In this document: piece by piece, positions 56,185 through 64,000 of the stretch
Numbering within the stretch: the stretch's first letter is position 1
How the letters are laid out: every line of letters begins with the position of its first letter
Assembly: GCF_009914755.1 (NCBI RefSeq)
Contig: NC_060940.1
Source: the human T2T-CHM13v2.0 reference genome, Homo sapiens
Length of the DNA stretch: 64,000 nucleotides
Reading direction: 5' to 3' (one strand)
The notes under the pieces: generated by a model
The model's database searches: none
The model's input: the letters and a program-made list of their open reading frames with translations, nothing else
What the model was told of the DNA's origin: nothing
Program-made: the position numbers and the translations under genes

Positions 56185-56433
56185 CAGATGTCCACTGGTA
56201 TACGTGGGGGACTGTTTCCAGGACACACCCCCATCCCCACCGTGTACACAAATCCACGCATACTCAAGCCCCAGTCAGCCCTGCGGAACCCACATATGGG
56301 AAAAGCTGGTCCTCCACATACATGGGTTTTGCATCCCACAAATACTGTATTGTTGAACCATGTCTGGTTGAAAAAAAATTCAACCAAATGTGGACTTACA
56401 CAGCTCAAACCCGTGTTGTTCAAGGGTCAACTG
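56185..56433. mobile_element. MER8-like (TcMar-Tigger) MITE
   Basis: Terminal inverted repeats CAGATGTCC...GGGTCAACTG and MER8-like internal sequence. Confidence 0.8.
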
Positions 56434-57082
56434 CAGTTTAAAAGTCCTTTCCCCTACATTAGCCTACCCTATGACGGAGGCAGCCAGAGGTATCTCAGAA
56501 AAAAGTGATGTGCCCAAAGTCACACAACAGGCAAATCTTACACACTCAACACTTTCTTTTTTTTTTTTTGAGACGGATTCTCGCTCTGTCACCCAGGCTG
56601 GAGTGCAGTGGCGTGATCTTAGCTCACTGCAACCTCTGACTCCCGGGTTCAAGCAATTCTCCCTGCCTCAGCCTCCGGAGTAGCTGGGATTACAGACACC
56701 CGCTACCACGCCCAGCTAATTTTTGTATTTTTAGTAGAGATAGGGTTTCACCATGTTGGCCGGGTTGGTCTCGAACTCCTGACATCAGGGGATCCACCTG
56801 CCTCAGCCTCCCAAAGTGCTGGGATTACAGGCGTGAGCCACCACGCTCGGCCCTCAACACTATCTTTAGGTGGAGAGGAAAAACAATAAATTGGCCTTGG
56901 TGTGGCAGGGTGGGTAGCCTTTACTTTTACCAAGGAGGAAGCCCTATTTCGCCCCACATCAGAGACCTGACCCTGATTTCCTGCTCTGGGCCCGATAGTT
57001 GAGTTAAAAAGGTAAATAAGGCCAGGCGCGGGGACTCACGCCGGTAATCCCAGCACTTTGGGAGGCTGAGGTGGGCGTATCA

Positions 57083-57677
<595 letters not shown>

Positions 57678-57799
57678 CTAAGGCATGAGAATCGCTTGAA
57701 CTCAGGAGGCAGAGGTTGCAGAGAGCCGAGATCATACCGCCGCACTCCAGCCAGGCCTACAAGAGCAGGACTCTGTCTCAAAAAAAAAAAAAAAAGGAA

Positions 57800-58045
57800 A
57801 ACAGGTAATAACAGTAACTGCAAAACTTACCAAGTGTACTTTACTATGTGCCAGGCCCCGCCCTGAGCATTCACATAACTCATTGAAACCTCACGACCCT
57901 ATTGGGCAGGTACTATTCTTTTTATTTGATAGACAAGGAAGCTGAAGTGCAGAACGATTAATTTGAGTAATGTCATTTAGCTTGCAAGTGTCAAAGATGG
58001 CATTTGAACCCAGACAGCCTGGCTCCACCATCTGGACTCTTACAG
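57800..58045 (-). mobile_element. MIR at the DCTPP1 3' end
   Basis: ACTATGTGCCAGGC...CCTCAC...GGTACTATT...GGAAGCTGA...TTTGAACCCAGACAGCCTGGCTCCA matches the reverse complement of MIR. Confidence 0.75.
57921..57926 (-). terminator. probable DCTPP1 poly(A) signal
   Basis: TTTATT on +, the first AATAAA I see downstream of the stop codon (about 510 nt). Confidence 0.7.
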
Positions 58046-58436
58046 CCTTCAATCTCTAAGAGGGGGAAGGAACTTACATGACATCCTACTGGGAATTTGC
58101 TAGAAACCAGATCTCTCTGCCCTGCAGGCAAAAGGTACAACAGGGAAACACGAGAATGGGTCTCAGAGGCACCCCTGGTACCCCCGTCATCACCTGCTGA
58201 GACAGAGAGCCTCCCTGGCCATCCAGGAATAATCTAGAAGTTATCGCCCAAAACCATTTTACTGGGAGAACAAACACCAGGAGGCTACCTTCTAGAGGCT
58301 GCTGGGCCTCAGACCTCAAGAAGTGGAGGCCTCAGGCCCATGATCTATTCTGAAAAGACTAGAAAAAGGCTCCAGGGCCAGGCCACTCTCTGCTCTTCAG
58401 ACACCACCCTGAGTTGCAAGTCCTGTGGCCATCTTT

Positions 58437-58737
58437 CTAGGTTGAGGTCTGGCCTGTGGAGTCACAGGGAATGTCCGCAGGCCCCACAGCCTGGTCTTCA
58501 GAGATGGCCCCATGGGGCAATTCTGTATACTTGCGGGAAGAGCTGCGGGCCAGATGGGCTGGGTAGCGTCGCCGGTTGATGTCCATTTTGGAGAGCACTG
58601 CTAGCGGCAGATCCACACGGCAGCGGGCTGCTAATGCCACCAGGTAGATGAGGACGTCACTAAGCTCCTCTTGAAGGGCTGCCCGTTCCCTGGGGGACCA
58701 GCCTTGGGGGCCAGGTTCCCCATCGGTTTTCCACTGA
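58437..58737 (-). CDS. DCTPP1: dCTP pyrophosphatase 1, last exon
   Basis: Encodes QWKTDGEPGPQGWSPRERAALQEELSDVLIYLVALAARC... (MazG-like EELSD) followed by TAG. Confidence 0.95.
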
Positions 58738-60343
58738 CTAGGGGCAGAACACAGACAGACACACACTCAGATGTAACCTGGGGCAATGGGCTCTGCCAGT
58801 CCTTGCAGTAATAACACCCACCTCCAAGGACGACCTAACCAATCTGGGCCCTGGGAAGAGTCAGGTGGGGAAGAGACCCCGACAGATGATACCAAGATGT
58901 CTGTGTCTCTCCCTGGGCCAAGGAGTGGCCAAAAGAATGTTTCATCTGTTGAGACAAAGCTTTGAGGCCCAATTCTAATTCTCTCCAGCCCTAGCCGTCA
59001 CCACCACAGACCAAACCTCGGACCTGGACCACTGCAGAAGCCTCCCCACTCATCTCCTGGCTAGCTCATCTTCTACTCCTGCCCAGACCATCTTTTCTAT
59101 TTTTTGAGACGGAGTCTCGCTCTGTCGCCCAGGCTGGAGTGGAGTGCAATGGGGCGATACTGCAACCTCCGCCTCCCGGGTTCAAGCGATTCTCCTGCCT
59201 CCGTCTTCCGAGTTGCTGGGATTACAGGCATGTGCCGCCATGCCCGGCTAATTTTGTTTTTCTAGTAGAGACAGGGTTTTGCCATATTGGCCAGGCTGGT
59301 CTCGAACTCCTGACCTCAGGTGAGCCGCCCTCCTCGGCCTCTCAAAGTGCTGGGATTACAGGCATGAGCCACCGCACCCGGCCCACACCATCTTTTAAAA
59401 GCACAAATCAGGCTTGGCGCAGTGGCTCACGCCTATAATCCCAGCACTTGGGGAGGCTGAAGCGGGTGGATCATGAGGTCAGGAGTTCAAGACCAGCCTG
59501 GCCAAGATGGTGAAACCCCGTCTCTACTAAATATACAAAAAAATTAGCTGGGCATGGTGGTGGGCACCTATAATCCCAGGTACTCAGGAGGCTGAGGCAG
59601 AGAAATTCTTGAACCCAGGAGGCAGAGGTTGCAGTGAGCCGAGATCGCACCACAGCATTCCAGCCTGGGAAACAGAGCAAGACTCCGTCTCAAAAAAACA
59701 ACAAAACAAAACAAAATGAAACAAAAAAAATTGGCTGGGTGCCATGGCTCATGCCTGTAATCCCAGCACTTTGGGAGGGTGAAGTGGGTAGATCACCTGA
59801 GGTCAGGAGTCCGAGACCAGCCTGGCCAACAAGGTGAAACCCCATCTCTACAGAAAATACGAATTAGTTAGGCATAGTGGCGCATGCCTGTAATCTCAGC
59901 TACTTGGGAGGCTGAGGCAGGAGGGCAGAAGAATCGCTTGAACCCGGGAGGCGGAGGTTGCAGTGACCCGCCATGACGCCATCACACTCCAGCCTTGGTA
60001 ACAGGAGCAGAACTCCGTCTCAAAAACTAAACAAAACAAAACAAAACGAGACCCCACAAATTGTATTTTTCCCCTTCTCTGCTAAAATACAAACTGTGCT
60101 TGGAATACAATCTAAACTCTTGACAAAGCCCTCCTGTCCTGCATGGGCTGACGCCTGCCTTTTCCAATGCCACTGCCCCCCACTCTCACTCCCCGCCTAA
60201 GGCCACTTTGGCTTGTTCTGCCTTGCACACAGGCCAGACTGTCACAGGCCTTTTGCATTCACTGCTCCCTCTGCCTTGAATGCTTCCCCATCCCCCATCA
60301 TTCCCAGGGCTAGCTCCTTCCTGTTATTCAGGGCTCAGCCTAG

Positions 60344-60559
<216 letters not shown>

Positions 60560-60697
60560 TAGTAGAGATGGGGTTTCACCGTGTCAGCCAGGATGGTCTC
60601 GATCTCCTGACCTCATGATCCGCCTGCCTTGGTCTCCCAAAATGCTGGGATTACAGGTGTGAGCCACAGCACCTGGCCGGTTTTTTTTTTTTTTTGA

Positions 60698-60799
<102 letters not shown>

Positions 60800-60802
60800 T
60801 GA

Positions 60803-61394
<592 letters not shown>

Positions 61395-61934
61395 TAGTAG
61401 AGACGGGGTTTCACCGTGTTAGCCAGGATGGTCTTGATCTCCTAACCTCATGATCTGCCCGTCTCAGCCTCCCAAAGTGCTGGGATTACAGGTGTGAGCC
61501 ACCCCGCCCAGCCCCTTTTTTGTTTTTTTTTTTTAAGGCAGAGTCTTGCTCTGTCGCCCAGGCTGGAGTGCCATGGTGTGATCTTGGCTAACTGCAGTCT
61601 CTGCCTCCTGGGTTCAAGCGATTCTTGTGCCTCAGCCTCCTGAGTAGCTGGGATTACAGGCGCCCGCCACCATGCCTGGCTAATTTTTGTATTTTTAGTA
61701 GAGACAGGGTTTCACCATGTTGGCCAGACTGGGTCATCACCTTGTGTTCTTTTCCTCATAGAACTTGTCATAATTCCAGATCTTCTAATATGAGATTACT
61801 GATTTACTGTCACTCTCCTTCCACTGTGAAGGTGGAAACCTTTCTGCCTTGTTCCAGGCCATATCTCAATTCTAGAAGACCTAGCACATAGGTGATGTTC
61901 ATAAATCTGTCATGAGGCCATGTGCAGTGGTTCA

Positions 61935-62198
<264 letters not shown>

Positions 62199-62591
62199 TT
62201 AAAAAAATGACTGTCCTGGTCTAGGGCTCATCGCCTCTTGCCTGGTCTACACCAGCCAACTCTCTGGTGTCCCCTGCCCCATTCTCTCAGTGATCCATCC
62301 AATCCACCCTGTAGACACAGTGACCTTTCCAACACTCATATCTGGTCAGGTCTTCTGTCCAAACTCTCCATCATACTCTAGCCCTAATCATATCTTTGTG
62401 GGTTCAACTCCCACCCCTCTCCTCCACAGCCCTATCACTCATCCAACGTGTGCCTATTGAGCGCCTACTATGCGCTGGGCACTTGGGACACATCAGAGAA
62501 AACAGATCCCAAATCCCTGATTTTTCCTGAGATGCTTACAATGAAGGAGCGTCAGATTCTCCCTGAATTGAACTTGCCCTTTCTTGCCTCA

Positions 62592-63057
<466 letters not shown>

Positions 63058-63260
63058 TCACACCTCACACCTCTCTCTTCCAGGAGGCTGAGTGCCCCTA
63101 GAGGGCAGGGACCCGTGAGTCCTCTCTGCATCCCAACAACAGCAAAGAGCCTAGCAATCAGGAGGGGAAACTGAACCCATGAATGTTTGAAGACCAAATA
63201 AATGCTCCCCTCCCCTCCCCCACAACTCAGACTCTACCAGGAAGCTTTCCATCTACTCAC

Positions 63261-63371
63261 AAGAGTTCTGCCAGCTCCCCCACTTCCCCAACCAAGGCCA
63301 GGAGGAGATTCCGAGGCTGATGGAACTGTTCCCAGTCTCGTTCCGCAGCAAACTCAGCATGGAGGCGGCGG
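63261..63371 (-). CDS. DCTPP1: DCTPP1 internal exon; exon 1 lies right of the window
   Basis: TTTCAG| acceptor; encodes RRLHAEFAAERDWEQFHQPRNLLLALVGEVGELAEL; donor GTGAGT; phase matches the last exon. Confidence 0.95.
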
Positions 63372-64000
63372 CTGAAATAGGACAAAGGAGTGTAAGTCCA
63401 AGTCTCCGGGTTAGAGGGTGATGCAGGGGCCAGAGGCAGCTACCCCCGTAGTATGTAATGGGGCCTGGGACCAGGAGATTCTGCAACTAATTCATTGGAT
63501 GGTATTGTGCAGGTCATTTCCTCTTTCCGGAACTTGGTTCCCTCATCTATAAAATGGGCGTGCCCCTGAACTGCCCTTAACATCTCGCCAAAACTAACAA
63601 AACCCTCTTCATTATTCCATCTCCTGCTGCTACTTCTGCAGTTTCCTCCACCTGGAATCGCCGCACATCAAAATGCAATTTCTCTTACAGAAGGTAGTTC
63701 CACAGACCCTTCCTCTAAGAAGCCTTTCTTGACCTCCTCCAGCAAAAAATAACGTCTCCCACCTCTCAGCACTTCGTTTGCCCCTCTCGTACCCCCGGCG
63801 CCTGGAGAGCAGAGGCGGTATCTGGTGCCGGTATCTTCCCAGGGCTAGGCTGAAGGGCGTTCCTAGTTACCACTCGGAGGCACCACCCAATTTCCCTTGC
63901 CTCAGGTGTGCACCGCTGCGCCCATTTTGCAGATGAGGTAAGAAGGCTCACCCAGGGACAGCCCACAGAGCCAGGACCCGAGCCCCGCTGCCAGCCCGCT

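Overview
Human genomic DNA, very Alu-rich, recognisable from the encoded proteins as the chr16p11.2 gene cluster. In order: TBC1D10B first coding exon and CpG-island promoter (-); complete MYLPF/MYL11 (+, 7 exons, 169 aa); complete SEPTIN1 (-, 11 exons, 372 aa); complete ZNF48 (+, 618 aa, 12 C2H2 fingers); complete ZNF771 (+, 317 aa, 8 C2H2 fingers); an H/ACA snoRNA of the SNORA80/ACA67 family (-, probably SNORA80C); and the last two coding exons of DCTPP1 (-). Exon boundaries were read from GT/AG sites, and for the four complete genes the exons sum to whole reading frames. Most other ORFs in the track come from Alus or from antisense/shifted frames of real exons. I see no CRISPR array, tRNA, rRNA or foreign insert, and no clear wholly new system. 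The best leads are: an orphan CpG-island promoter with perfect BANP and RFX motifs; a possible nested sense/antisense ZNF48-SEPTIN1 arrangement; five repeats of a two-finger module in ZNF48; a C4 zinc-ribbon-like tail in ZNF771; an in-frame SEPTIN1 exon with a weak acceptor between inverted Alus; an apparently retroposed snoRNA with intact guides; and poly(A) signals supplied by L2 and MIR elements. Gene and repeat-family names are from recognition, not from a database search.
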